Assembly (NCBI GenBank): GCA_964035545.1
Contig: OZ037766.1
Location: 17,261,081 to 17,325,080, forward strand
Length of the DNA stretch: 64,000 bases
Reading direction: 5' to 3'
From: Bugula neritina
Lineage: Eukaryota > Animalia > Bryozoa
Shown: one piece after another, positions 16,135-32,200 of the stretch
Layout of the letters: each line of letters starts with the position of its first letter
Position numbering within the stretch: position 1 is the first letter of the stretch
Notes under the pieces: model-generated
Database searches by the model: none
The model's input: only the letters and a program-made list of their open reading frames with translations
What the model was told of the DNA's origin: nothing
Program-made: the position numbers and the translations under genes

Positions 16135-19100
16135 TTATTTCTTTTTATTTTTTCCAAACAGTTTGAACTTTTTAAATCTTCTATGGTCTGAAAATAATTC
16201 GCCATGGTCTTCTGATTGAAATTCCAGCACTTTTTCTTCAAAAGTACCTATAATGAGAAAACCACAAAACATTTATCAAAATTACTATTTAATACTATAG
16301 AAAACCAGCTAACTTTGGGGCTGGCTTTAGAAATCAGTTTTTGGAAATTAAAACTTGAAATTATAGACTGAAACCAGAAGGTCCTAAAAGTTATGCAATC
16401 ATTTAATTTATACACAATAAGACATCTTTGTAAAATGAGTTGTTCAACAGTTATTGAGAGTTGTCTTTTTTTCTCTAAGGTCAAGAACAGAAACTGCAAT
16501 GAGAATAATTTGTAACAAAATTGCAAGATACAACTAAATTATGTTTTAATACTGTTAACAAATTTCTTATAGGCAACCACATATTTAAAAAAATAAATGG
16601 CTATGATTAGTTTACGAAAAAAATGAATTTTGCAAATTTTCAGAGCAAATATTCTATACTGTAGGTTAATAGTTAGTTTTAATAGAAAGAGTTTTTAGCA
16701 ATAAATTACATTCAATGCTGTTTAAATGTAACTAAATAAAATTTAACTATTGACAATTATAGCTAATATTTAATTTCATTATCATCCATTGAATATAACT
16801 AAATTTTAATTTCAAATTAGGTATACCTAAGGTTATTGAATTTTTTAAAGCTACCAAATGCCTGTAACTACTCTCTAACTTCTATTGATTGTAATTAATT
16901 CTTAAATAAACATCATTTTTATTTTAACCCAAGTAATAAATTTATTTGATTATTTTAGATTTAGAATTGACTTTCTGCAACTTTTTTTCAGACCACAGCT
17001 GATATGCACATATGCGCATCATATCAACAGTTGTATGAATTAATATTCAATACGACTAATTTTGAAGTTGTACTCCAACTAAAAATACAAATAAATAGAA
17101 AACACAACTATCAACCATGAAGAACTATGGTATTTGACACAATTCAATATGCTGCATTGATTATTGCACAACCTTCTTACCTAAAACAACATTGCGATCA
17201 TTCTCCCGTTCTGTGGTGTAAACTTCAAACATTTGAGTCTCAGTGAACCACTGAAGAAAAACCATAATACTCGGGGCATTGGAGGCTTTGCAAACAAACT
17301 CCTCTTTCTACAGCACAATACAATTAAACTATAACATAGCTGTAACATTGTAGGTTTGATATAGATTCTAGCATTTCACAGCATCAAGCATGCAGCTACT
17401 ATTATCATAACCACTTGAATACTTTTATGTTACCATTCATTATAATATACCTGAACATGAACTCTACTAGCAATGCAGACTCTGGTTTTCCATTATTGTA
17501 AACAAAACAATGAAAGGAGTAAAACATCTCAGTATATTGTTCTAGTAGTAATGAACTAAGTATTCCACACACAAACTGTTTAAACGATCTAAATTATTTT
17601 AAGAATGCATAAGCCTATGAGAAGACAACTTTATCTTTTTAATGCATTGGCTGGAGATGGGTGGGGGGAGGTATATGTGGAACTAGTATTAGCAACAATT
17701 AAATTTATCTTTATATGGTTTAGAAAAAAAAATTGAAATTAATTTAAAAACAAGGCAATAGGTGTTAAGCCAGTGAAAATAAGTGTCCTCCCTAATGTAG
17801 CATTGCTTACAACATGCATAATTAATGTGCGCATGTGTGTGCAAACAAAATTTTTGACATGGCGAATGCCATCTTTTTAAAAAAATGCTAGGACAAATTA
17901 TTTTTGCCAATATTTGCAGTTCTTTCTGCTACTAAATCTTTTATTAACAAATATAGTTCTTATTAACTTGCCGACATTATAGCTTTAGCTGTAAAAGTTA
18001 CTTGTAGCCTTATCACTATATAGCATTTTAAATGCAGTATATTCCCTATAATAACAAGGAAACTATAATCCTACTCATTGAAGGATTACTTGCCAAAAGG
18101 CAATTAACTGTTAATCTCAGATAATTTTAAAGATTTATTTAGTAACAAGTTGCACTCACTGTCAAAGAAAATCATAAAAACCGTTGATGCTTCTTTTTGA
18201 ACTAGGTTGCATAAAATGATTCAATACTATGAAGAAAGCCATGATCTCCTTACAACTTTCTCAAGTTCTTATTAAATAGAAAGGTTAGCAGCTATTATAT
18301 ATATATATATATATATACGAAACTACTAGTAATAAATGCCATTATATTAATCAAATCTCATTTTATTTCTTCTAATGTTTATGCTCTAGATTTATTTCTA
18401 TAGAGCACTCTAGTAACGTTTTATAAACACTCATTTTACTATATATATATATACATATATATATATACATGTATATATATACATGTATATATATACATGT
18501 ATATATATACATGTATATATATGTAACGCAGCTACCCTAACAGTACAAAACAGAGATAGGTGGAATATATATATAATATGAACGCAATATATAAACGGAA
18601 CTATATAATATTATCTTCGAATAATTTCATGGTAACAACCAGTCTCACATTTACAGTAGGAAAGTACTACAAATATTGGTCAAGTTTATCTAAAACACAG
18701 AGAGGAATGTGGATATAAAACATTATTGCTGAATAAAAAGATCAAAGGCTGTACCTGAAATTGGCGCCCTGCACCTGGAACATGTATCATAAAATCATTG
18801 AATGAACCAGTGGTTTCCAAGAAGAAACGAAGAAATGCTTCTGGTACCATCAAGCTGCGAAGGTTTTGGCCCTCTAGAAAACACAAGTTTTGCTGCATAA
18901 GTGCCATAAGCAGTAAAACATGTAACAGTATATTTAGAATACATTTTAAAACTATAGTGTGGTAGTGTTACTAAGTTGAGTGGTCAATTTAATTCAGAAA
19001 TTTATGGAAAAACCAACAATTCAAGCCACCCAATACTGCAACAACCTAGTAAACTTCACTAAAAGTAAATAGTGTATAAACCTATCTTTCCTACACATGA

Positions 19101-22100
19101 TATTATATTGTACCAGAGACAATAAGATGCAGCTATATACAGCCCAACACTCTTACCAGATTTAGCCATGTCCAGTGCAGTTATCAGTGCCCGGTGTAAC
19201 TTTTTTGGTAATATCAGTTTCTCATCTCCAGTTCGCTGCAAAAACTTGTGATTGTCAAAGTCAACTATTAGAACCTGAAAAGAGAACAACCCCAGCTATG
19301 TTGACATCAATGAAGTGAAGAAGGAAATACACATAAAATAGAATATAAGAGCACTGCGTCATCAGGACAAATCAATAAATTATTCTAATGCGTAGCTTTT
19401 TAACAATAATTTCATAAAAACCCTGTACTAGTGCTTTCAGTATAAGACAATATATTACAGCTGCTCAACTTTAACAAAGTCATATATATATATCAAACCT
19501 AGGAATATTGCAGCCCTGCAGTCCATTTTTGGGAGCATCTTACTCAAACAGTAAGAGCTTTCACTGCAAACCACATAGTGCTGTGCAACAGCATCATGAA
19601 TAAAACATTGGTGAGTTTAGAAAATCATCATTTCTAAACATTAATGTTTTTAAGTGGCTTTGAGAGTACATTAGATAAATTCAACCAATCAGCACCAACT
19701 CTTAGTCAGCAGGCTTTGATTACTCATTACACACAAACTAACACAACCTTTCTAATATGTAATAAAGAAAGATTTCTCCTCCAAATTCATTGTTTATACT
19801 CAACAACCTCATTCCATTGTCCTATGTCATCTGACTGTGCTTATTTTGTTGTGAGAAAGTCATGACCCTGATATGAATAAGAGTAATTATCTTATCATTT
19901 CATTCTCATCATTTGAATGCTTGTCACAAATGTTACTGCCAGATGCCAGTGGTTAGTTGCTAGATACTAGATAGATAATACTACATAGTGAAGAATAACA
20001 TAGTAGTGTATGATCACTAGCCCAACAAGCCTTGCCAATTGTACAACAGATCAATACCTAATTGCAATATTCAACTTCTAGAATATTGCAATTAGTTGCA
20101 TTTCAGCATATACTAATGATTTAGTAATACTTATACTTATTCTCAGTTACAGCTGATTAAAATGCGAAATTATAATAACTTGATATAAAATATTTTATGA
20201 AATCTAAATCTTCGTTACTGCAGGTAGCTCCATGTTCATCTGTTCATGATTAGTTTTGGAATAACCATGTTAGAACAAAATTATGATTGTCCATAAAAAA
20301 CAACATGCACTTGTTAATAAAGATGGGTGAAAGAACCCTCATTGATTATAAATATTCATATCATTGGCATCAACATAATAACTAAGAGACCAGTTAATTA
20401 GTTATCAACATTCATTATATAAATTATTAAATCAAATCTAAGATGTGTCAACAAGTTAAATGACAAATTTTTACTTATTTTTATGCTAGATAGACCTGCT
20501 TTCTATAATTATTTTTAAATATACCATCTTCTTGAAAATTAAGCTAGCAATTTTACCAAATAAATTTCACTAAGCCTGTGAAGTGAGTGAGCATAATTAC
20601 CTCATCCATTTCATCATCAATGGAGTGGAGCAGATGGGCATTAGAAGACAGCAGGCCAACAATGTATGGGGTAGGGGCACACACCACATCTATTAGGTTA
20701 GGTGGTAGAAGGGGAATAAATGTGTGCTGCCAGCTGAAGGGGTAGATGAGAGAGGCAAAAGCATGGACGCATGATGATAGAATGCTACAACATAAATACA
20801 ATACAATGTACGCCGACACGACAGTGTATAGTTCTGCACACACCTTACAATGATGACAGTGATTTAATTTGGCAGATTACAGTAAGCTATCGCCAGGGGC
20901 TAGATAAAAATAGCATAATAAATTAAAAACAATAGACTATACAGTATCAGATGAGCGCAATGGTGTTATACCAAATAATGCAAACATACCTGAGTCTCTC
21001 GGCAATGAATATGATTTTTCTTTCAAGTAGAATAGAGGCAAAGATTTTGATTATCTGACTGACTGAGAGAGTATTCAACAGACATTCATAGTCAATGCCT
21101 TCCCTCTGAGAATCTGGAGACCTGGTAAATGTGAGACACTCGGCTTCTTCATACACATTCTATAAGAAACATAGCTTTACCGTGTTAACACTTGATGGCC
21201 AAAATACTAGGTAGCACAACACAACAACACAAGAGTGACTTTGTAGAATGAATGTCAAGGTCAACTCTCAGAATCGCAAGTCAACACTACCAACTGAGTA
21301 AAAAGTGATGCTGCGAGAGCTTTTACCATAACATTGGCAGTTGATTATATCTTCATCAATGCGGGACTTCCTTCTATCCATCTAAAGAGGTCATTTTAAA
21401 ATAAAAACTGTGGCAGGATTGACATGAAGGAAATTGATGAGGAGAAGTTAAAGATTGTCCCTCTGAACAGCTGAACACAGCAGAAAAATTGATAGCTATA
21501 TATACAAACCAATAAATGTGATATCACTAAATTAAAAAGATCCTATATTTATTGATTTTTTGCATACAGAGGATTACAGTTACAAAATGCCAGAAAAAAT
21601 CTTGATATACTGCCCGTAATCCTACAACATAACAGAGCAGCAGCTGGAGTTTGAATTAAGCAGAATTGCAAGCTATTCAGCCAGCCAATAGAATGCAATA
21701 ATATTATGATGGAAGGTGGTTTATCAGGTGTTAGTAAATTAGAAAGCCTGGCTATGATATACTGCCAACTTAGTAAAACTCTAATGCATATTCATTTTGT
21801 TATCATTTACACATTGGCCAAATAATTAGTAGATTGAAATAACCTTTGGTGTACCATCTTGAAAATAACAGCTCCCAACTTCAGCTAAAACAACTATAAG
21901 TTGTTCTCATTTATATTTTATATATAGTAAAAATATGAACTATGATCCAATGCATTGTGATATTTCAATAAAAAGCATTTAGTCAACAAATAACTTTATG
22001 CAATAAGATACTCAATAGTACAAGTGGCATTTATGCAAATATTCCAAAGATTGCTTCAATTATTATTTTGCAATGGCATAACTAAGAATAAAGGTGATAA

Positions 22101-25100
22101 AACAGTTTTACATACAGAAGGCAGTATAGCGTAGCCATAGCTATTATTAAATCCATAAGAGTTGGTGAAGCCCAAAATTCAATTTCGTAACAAGAAGTAT
22201 TATTATTAAAGCATTCCGACTGATTTTAGAAGAGGACAATTTCTTTCATCCAGCATGAGAGAGCTTGTACATACTAAGCACACAACTACTTAGACATCAC
22301 AGAAGTTGCAAGACGCCACCAACAGGAGTAAATGGCCATACAAGCTGTGAAAGACTTAGCCTTATGAAATACAGAACAGCAAATAAGCATCATACTAGCT
22401 ATGCCCAGGGTAAACACATGTTAGAATCCCATTGAGCAAACCCATGGCTGAATAACATAAACCCTGCGAGCTAATTCAGCCACCAGAATTTAAGAACATG
22501 GAATATAGAATTACCGTGGTAGTCAAAGTCTCATAAGGCTCAATTTCCTATGACATTGAAGAAGTTTAACACTATAACATCCATCAAATAAGTGACAGCT
22601 TAAAGTATTCCAAGCATTAAAGCAGTGCATAAAACATTCCAGCCAGTGAACTACATTGCATACCTTGCTTTTTGTAAGTAACTTGTATTCAACAGGCTGA
22701 AAGAGTTGAATTAGAGAGAAAATTGATACACTTCTTGTTTAAAAAAAATTCATTTTGATTAAATTTGGTAGCATGGAGGAATAAAAATAGTGTTGTTGGT
22801 TTGAAATATCATCTTTTAGGCATTCAAGTTTATAAGAAAAAAGCAGCTATACAATTGCTACTTCAGGTAGTTTTTATTTGCAACATGTTAAAGCTGTTCG
22901 TGCATTTCAGTTGGGTAGAAGCTTCTCATCAGCAACTAGTTAAATAGTTGAGCTCCAACTGATCTCTACTCTGCGACAGCAGCTGTTGAACTAATAGCAG
23001 CACCTACTTTCAGTACCATATTAGTAATAGTTTCCCATATACTTAGTGTTGCACTTTGTATTTCATCTTGCATTTTCAGTTTACAACAGCAAACTATGCA
23101 GCTGGTCTATACTTTCTCATAATACACTGTTGTTAAAGTACCCCTACTTTGCATTACTAGTCAATATTTCCAGTATAAATACAAAAACCTTATTCAATAT
23201 GTACTAAAACATTATCAGTTTATTACCAATAACCACAAACCTTTGTATATAAAAATAATTTTTCATGTCTGTTCATGTAAGATTTTCTCACCATTACTTA
23301 TAGCATGTTAATATACTTGGTATTACTTGCATGTTTTGCAGCAATAATAAATTGAAACTGAACACTTTAACGATTCATAATTTAGAAATAACAATATAGG
23401 AGGAGACTACTGGAATCATTACCATGGCTCTGATGGTAACAGATTGTCCGGGACTGGGCATTGGTCGCCCATACACAGCTTGTAGGAACTCCTCTGCCCG
23501 CAGGCTGTTCTGCATCCTCCTTTTCTCCACCTCATCTAGAACCTGCAGACCAAACTGAACACTAAGTACCACGTCCTTGGCTAAGCACCATATTATTTTA
23601 CTATTGATACATAGGCCTAGATCTTCAATGTTTAACACATTTATAAAGTAGTTAAAGTTTGGGAATAAGGAAAGAAACTGATTGTTTAAATTTATTTTAA
23701 GCCGGGTGAATAACTGAAATGCTTAGTGTGATGCAAATATTTATTAACATCTAAATTATGGAGATACTATGAGACTGGATGATGGAAGGGAGGATTAATA
23801 TTTTACTAACCCACACTATTTTAGGATGCCCTCTCATACATGAATAAAACTGATCAAGCAAAAACAAAACAATTTTCACATCATTTCATGTCATAAACTT
23901 GGAAACAGAAATGTGTTTACATCAATGAAAAAATAACAGTTTCTACTCTAAGGTAACTGAAATATTATTTTACAATAAAGAAACTGCTCAAGTGCATCTA
24001 AATAATGGTTAAGGAAGAAAGAAATGCAGCATGATGCCTACCTGATTATAAAGTTTAGTGGCATTTAATGGGCTCACTACGCATATTACTTCAGGGGTTC
24101 TTGGCTGATTGCTAAGGTCCGGTGGCTAAATAACAGAAGAGTACAATCAAAGTAACTGCACCTAACAGAATGACCAACTGTAAGAGTTATGAGCATAGAA
24201 TACATGGTATTTATAGTTACTAGTATCATTATTATGAATATTGGGCCATTTCAGTTTGAAATTCGTCAGTTACAACATAATTTGAGGTAGAAGGGACGCT
24301 TAATCTATGAAAAGTAACAATTGCAGCCTATGTGCAAGTCAGCTCCAACTATTATTTTTTCAACAGTTTGACAACACATCAAATTGAATTTAGGTGTGTC
24401 CACAACACCTTGATACAGCAAAAATGTGTTGGAATTTTGCCAAGCTACACCATCACTGTAAAGCAGTTGATGTACATCATAGGGTATTTAGCTAGTAGAG
24501 TTGTACTATTAGCATTAGATAATCCAACACATCACTAGTTGAACTGAGGGGGTATAGAAAACCAATGCTCAGCACTGGTCATTATAGATTAGTTGAAGAA
24601 ATATTTGTAACCAGAATAATCCAATAGTGACAGGATACGCTAGTCAGCACATGGAATACTAACTGCCTTTTAGTTTTCTATAGGAAAAATAGTGTGGTGA
24701 TATTTTGCACTTTCAAAAACATCCCAGATATTTTCACTTGATTCAACATACCCTGATTTGCCAAGCAATTTAAAATTGAAGTTTTGCAGGACACCAGCAA
24801 ATCAAATTTAATGGGTACTTCCTATACTCTTATTTGATGGCTGATGTTTTTAACAGCCATGTTTTCCACAGGAACACCCTTAAGCAAAAAAGGCCTTTAA
24901 AAGTATAAGGTCCTCATCAAGATCATAGATATTAGATTGCATAGCATAAGGCAATGCACAAAATATTTCATTCGCAAGCAAGTTTGTTAGAACCTGGGCC
25001 TAAATATTGAATGTAAAAATGAATGAATAAATTATATAAGATCTCTAAGAAACTTGGCAAAATAAAATGCAGGAGTAATGTTACAGAGTAGCGTGTTTAG

Positions 25101-28100
25101 TTATAATTGTATCAACTCTACTGCATGAAATGAATTCATCAACAATAAATGCATAAAGGCCTGGCCTCCCGCTCGTACGAATCACACGAAATCGTCTATT
25201 TGACATGAAAACACAAACGTACGATCAAACTTGAGGGAATTTAAACGAAACCGTCTTCGTCGGGTGCACCCAAGAAGACGATGGACGAAAAATCGCAATT
25301 AACGGATAGCACCATTTGATTGGTCAATATAATTTTAGTAGCAGTAATTATTTCATTTCTACCACGTTTCTCTGTTTGGCAATTTTTTGCTGTTTGTATC
25401 TCGTGCAAGACTCATTCATAGACTATTTATTATGTGTTTCGTCCGACAAGTGTGTGGCTGGTCATAACGAGAGGATAACTCACGAAAATCGTCACACGAG
25501 TTTTGTGTAATTCTTACAAGCGTGAGGCCAGGCCTTAAGTGAGGATCCAATCAGTGAAAATCTGTGGTGTGATAAATCAACTTCAAAGACATGCAAGATA
25601 AAAGACTATATAGAGCAGGATCAAAACACAATTCTGTAAATGAAAAAACTAATTGCTGATTAAATCAGTCATGATTTCAACAGCCTAATATAAGTAACCT
25701 AACAAATAATGTGAATAATGTTTCCTTTTAATACAATCAAAATGTTTCAAATATGTACAGCAAAGTTAAATTAATACTAGAAAAAAATAATAATTTGCAA
25801 AAAAGATCAACTATAGCTTCTGACACTATAACTGTAGACATAGATAATTGTTGAATTTGAAAGCAACGTTAGTATTCTGTCATTACAGGTGATGGTAAGT
25901 TATTATACTAAGTATGTCCAGCAGTATTACATAACTGGTTCTTTTAGTCACGGAGACCTTCTCTTAGATCATGATATGCTATTATATTATTTCAACATGA
26001 AGTGATAATAAAAGAGAAGTAAATACCAACAGAAAGGATCGAACAAATGAAAGAAGAAAACACGAATATGTTGATCGTCGAGTGGAATCAAAAGTGCAGG
26101 TCTGACGAAATAACTTTTTTGGTCCAACATAAAAAATCAGTAATGACATTTTTTGGCATTCCATAAAAGATAAGCACAAAAACAAGCACAGATATCATGA
26201 TAACTTATAAAGATCATCAATCAATTGCCACATGCCACACAAAAGTTGTATCCAGAAAACTACTGCTGAGTGGACATACATTAATTTTTATTCTTGCAGG
26301 CAGGCAGATGCACTAGGACTAGGTGATGCACACATATGAGAAAGTGTAGCGGAGAAAATGCAGACGGTTACTCACCAAAACTCTGCGGCAATAACCATAC
26401 TGCCTCGTACCAGTAACATCGGTCAACACAAATGAGAAGGATTCACTACAAAATATACATACTGTTCATCTAACTTCCAACAGAGCATGCTCCAGAAGTG
26501 ACTTCCTTAATTCCAGAATGGCATGATGATTTTATTCCTATTTTCATAATTTTTAATCTGAATGTTCTATGTTAGAGAAAAACTTAAACGACATCACTAA
26601 AGGGGATATCATCAGATTTGAAAGAGCAAATATTTTGGACTGATTTGAATATAGAATGGCAGTTACTTGCTCTGTTTGTGATGAGGTACCATCCTAATTT
26701 AAAACTGAAAGCTCCTGTTTGGGAACCAGTTGGCTAAGTCTATGCATGCAAATGTGACTTAAAATTTAGTGTGGTGACCTGTGAAATAAGGTGACCCAGT
26801 GAATATGAAAACCACAGAAACCTAACTGACTAAAATCACGACATTAAAGCTGATTGGTTGAATAATAGGAAGAATGTTGGAAAATATTTCAAACTTCATT
26901 GTGACAGAAGAGATACACGAGCCAACAATTTATATACAATATCAGGTGCTTAGAAAGGCTACTTTGCATATTCATTAAAAATAAAGCAGTTGGCGTATCC
27001 AAATCAATCGGAAACTTACCTTTTATATTCTGTACACTTTTGCCATATATGGGCATCAGGGTAACAGAACTGAGGCACTGTAGTTTGCTCCACGCTTATC
27101 TGTGAAATAGTTATAAATTAGTATATCTTATATGATGGCCCATAGATCTAAGGTCAGTGTACAGAAAGTTATCCATACTGAGTATAAAATATAACTATAA
27201 AATAAACTATAGCAAAAGCGGAAAAAATTTTAGGTTTTGAAATATCTTTGCCAGCCAAGTGTGTTATGCTTTGCTTTATATTTAAATTAGTATGGGTAAA
27301 ATGGAAGAAATTAATAACAATGAATCACTGCTGAATCACATGTTCGATTGGCTCAAACTTGACTCGCTGATATAATTGGAATTCATAACTGGGGGCAGAG
27401 AATAGAAGAGTGGGAAGAAAAGACAAAGGAAGTTGGTAAAAAAAGGAAATTTGTTAAATGTATGGTTTAGACAAGTTATATGACACACTTGGCAAGTGAT
27501 TTATTATTGATTATTTAAAACACAAACAAGTAAATGTCAAAAAAGAAACAGCTATTACAGCATGTGATAACTTTTTCATTACCAAGTATTTTACAATTTA
27601 AGTATCTAATGTTATGCAGAGGATGTTAGTGTGTAGCATCTATTCAGCTGATAGGAGTTAAGCCTACTCTGAGTTAAGCTGAACTAAAACAGGCCAATAA
27701 AACCAGACAAATGAAGATTTAAGAGATATTCAACTTCAAACCTGAGGAGGGAACTTGTACTTCACGTAGGGCTCGTAATTGAGAGAGTCAGCAGTTTTCC
27801 TTAGACCAACAATCACAGCATAATCGTAGAGCTGAGCATACACTTGAGTTATGAAACCCTTGATCTGTGCAGCACTAGCATATATCTTAAAATAAAAATA
27901 GAAGGTAACAGTTAAATTGTTGCTAATAAAACTTTGAACAAACTGATGAAGTTTATAATACTGTTAGGCTTATAATAAAATTTACTATAATTTGTGGTTA
28001 TTATGTTTATATAAATGTCCAAGTACTTCAACTAAAGTATACCATTTGTTGAAATTGTACCAATATTTTGAAATAATTCTAAAATGTATACCTAAAACTA

Positions 28101-28771
28101 CTAAACTTCATAAATATAAAGTGATTAATACAACAAAACGTTGTTTTTTATATAACAGAACTATTTTAATTTCTTTAAGTTTTGCTGAATAATTGTTTAC
28201 TAAAACAATTGGCAAAGCAGCTCTGAGTGTTTTGTATAACAAATAAATTTTGTTATAAATGTATGTATTAAATGTTACAAATGAATGTAATAAATGTTAT
28301 AAAAATGGAATAATATTGACTACAAAAACATTATTACGATGTGCAATTCAAAAAAAAAATCGTAACACAGCTGCAGCTAGTAATCTGACCTTTTATGATT
28401 CAAGAATTGAGTCAAATGAAATATGACTATTAGCTTTACCCTTGAAGACAGCAGAGGCAAAGTAAATGGTCAATGTTTAACAGTGTCCTCGCTTACTGCT
28501 GCACTTAACCTTCATATATAAATCAAAACTGTCACCAAGTTTAAATAAAATTACATAAACAATAATACTGGAAATTATGTCATTTTAACTTCAATTATCT
28601 TAGTGCACAGAATTGTTTAGGTGAATCAGAAATGTGGGTTCTTAAGTAATGAGACACTTCCTAGTCTAGAGTATGGCATGCAGAGTGGCATTGTTTTAGT
28701 GATTCACAACAATGAGTAATAAAACAGTGTATACTCTGTGATGAGGAGAGGAAAATCCTGCACAAGGATGG

Positions 28772-28838
<67 letters not shown>

Positions 28839-28846
28839 TATATATA

Positions 28847-28914
<68 letters not shown>

Positions 28915-28929
28915 CATATATATATATAC

Positions 28930-28983
<54 letters not shown>

Positions 28984-29006
28984 AGATTGAGATATATATA
29001 TATATT

Positions 29007-29064
<58 letters not shown>

Positions 29065-29083
29065 CATACATATATATATATAC

Positions 29084-29151
<68 letters not shown>

Positions 29152-29174
29152 AGATTGAGATATATATATATATT

Positions 29175-29225
<51 letters not shown>

Positions 29226-32200
29226 TTAAAAAATTTTCCACACAGTAGCTGCTAACTTAGGCTTAAATCAAGTTTAGTGAACAAGTACATCTGTAATTTA
29301 GTGAGAAAGCCAACTGCGTGAATTAAACAATTAGATTTTACAGAAACTTAATTGTGGAGACTGAAAGAGAAAACACTTACAGCATGTTCCTTTACACTGG
29401 TACAATGTTTCAGACGTTCTTCCAAAACCTCTGGGCCAGGAACTTTTTCCTCCTCTTCACCGTCGGATGCTGGAGTAGGTGTGATTGGTCCCGATTTCCT
29501 GAGGGCTGAGAAAGCCTGATTTAACTTCAAACGAATCTACAGAATATAAACCACATTACTCCAATTGTTTGAGCAAAGCAGTTGATCAGGACACGGAGGT
29601 GAAAAGTGAACAGCAATATCTAATCGCAATTAACAACTAGCTGCTCTACAAACTAAACAGGAAGACTGCATATACCTAACAGTGAGCAAAGGTTTTCTGG
29701 TAATGTATTGCAAGTATGAGGGTCAAAACAAGTCTTAATTAAATGCCATTATATTCATCTGCTTGACTGTATAATAGACAGACACCTAGATGAAAGTTAG
29801 AGCATTTAAATCTTAGCGTGCTATGCACGCGCAATAACATCTTTTTATATTTTATTTCAATTTAATTGGTATGTATTCCTCATTTTGCAGAAGTAAAAGG
29901 AGTATTCTAATCATAATAAAGTATATAGAAGTGTTTGGATTATAGGATAATCAAACTATTTTATGTCAGCCAGACTTTACATTGAAGATAGTATTATTTT
30001 AGCCAATTCTAATATCATAGCTTTGTTAACACAAAACAATTATATGGTGGTATGATATTGACACAATGTATTGCACTATATATCACTACTACTTGCCTAT
30101 TATTACCTCTATGACAATGTGACCTCTTCCAAATGCTTATCTAATATTAGACTTTGACTGCCAAGTGCTGGTGCCTACTGACTAACCTTTAGATATACTA
30201 TAATAGCTGAAGCCCCAGTGGTTTAGGTAGGGAAAACCAAGATGAACGAACAGTAAACAGAAAAACTAAAAGCTAAAGCTATAGTTGTGATTCCATAAAG
30301 CATGAGTATAGAATTAGCACCTGGTTTCCACAAATCTGAAAATTCAAAGTAACACTGTTACCCACATGATAATACCCAATAGAGAAGAGCCTGAATCAAA
30401 CTAGGTGAGTCATACTTGTGAATGAGTTAGCAAACATAATGCTAATAAGTGACCATACATAAACTACACCAATCATTCAATATTTAGATAATGGTGTAAA
30501 TAATAATTCAGCATACATGTATAACCATATTAATTACTCTCTGGATTGGTAGACTGCTTTGTCATATAAATCAGGGCTGCAGTGTTTCCTTCTATCTAAT
30601 GCTGATAAAATATTATAATCTCTCAGCACATCTTTCCTAGTTGATTTGAAGAGAAACATTGAACTATAAAGCAACTAATAAATACTGTCCTTTCTACTCC
30701 ACACCTCATAGACATAAACTCGTTAGTTATAAAATGGTGAGCTTTCATTTAACCCTTGGCCTATAGTAATTTATAGGTTTGGAATAAGACTAGTAGAAGC
30801 AAATATATTTAAAAGATAGCCTGTAGTTAGCCTAATGATTTCATTATTTTCACTCAGAAAGGCAGGTGGGTGAAAAACACTGCTTTTCATGAAAGAATAG
30901 TTTTTGACTTCACTAGTTGAATAATATGCTTGTGACTACTGACTAGACAGGTAGCTAAGCCTGTGACTAGGCCTGAGACTAGGCCTGTGACTAGGCCTGT
31001 GACTAGGCCTGAACAGTCTATTGCAGCAAGTAAGATAGGGTACTCAACCTTGTCAGCTGTTTTGTCCACTTGTGACTTTGCTGCCATGGGCTGTGGCTCA
31101 CCAGGTTTACAGGATACACCATCAGCTGTCTGCCATGTGTTGCCCTGAGAAAATGTCAAGTCATATGTGGTAAACATGAACTGCCTACTCCAATGTCAAC
31201 AGCTGGTCATATTGCAACACTCAACTACATTATAATTATACTAGTACTAGTAGAATTTACTAACTAGAAAGTACACCATGCTGCAGCTGCTGAATACACA
31301 ACAATTCATACTTTAGAAATAATTGAAATGCAATTGATAGATTAATATAATATGTAATAAAATGTTGAAAAGAAGGATTAAAAAGGAATAAATATATTAT
31401 ATTACTAAGAGAAACATGAATAGTGTTATGCAGGCATGGGTATGAGAGTGGGTAGCAAGTTTGCAGGTCAAGGTATGTGCACATCTAGTGAGTGTGGAAG
31501 GTGGCCGTTACTCAACACTTCTTTTCAGTGTTCATATTCAGTATGTTCAACTTCAAATCAAGAGACAACAATCCAACATAGGAAATAAATCAACAACACA
31601 ATTGTCTATATACCAGCCACATTTAAAATAAGATTCAGTCATTAAACTTGTGTATTTCTGATTCTTAGAGGAAGTCAATCTCCCAGTATCAGTTCTAGCT
31701 GTAACAGCTACACTATACATTAGAACACAGTCAAGCCACCTAAGATCAAAGGCCACAGCTGTCAACAGCCTAATATAATAACACACATTTTAAATTATGA
31801 GTGTCACTCACACCTAAATAACAAATGACAACTCTTGTACACCAACATGGCAAATTTCATAGTATATGAATATTATAAGCACAGCAGTGATGTATAAACC
31901 ATGAGAGAAGATCAGCATTATGTTGAACTGTGATATCTAGAAGTAACATGTAGCCTATGTAAAAAATCACTGAAGTGCTAATAAAACCAATCTGGATTTA
32001 AAGCTTAGAACATCATCCTGCATATTTGAAGTCTGGACAAAAATCATTCTACTAATACCACCAAATAGTACGTGTTTAGTATGTGACACTTTATAATCTT
32101 GGAAATCGTAGCATTTTCTATATTGCATTTAGGCCCCTTAATTAAAGTGAGGTGCATCTCTTGAACGTTTGATCACTGTAAAATATGTATGTAAAGCAGG

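Noticed and set aside
28440-28510. Possible extra DENND2 exon
   Set aside because: Stops in the candidate frames, and the flanking exons already join in phase.
31613-31714. Possible alternative DENND2 exon (..[15 protein letters not shown]..)
   Set aside because: Weak donor, phase not matching the phase-0 neighbours, no recognisable homology.
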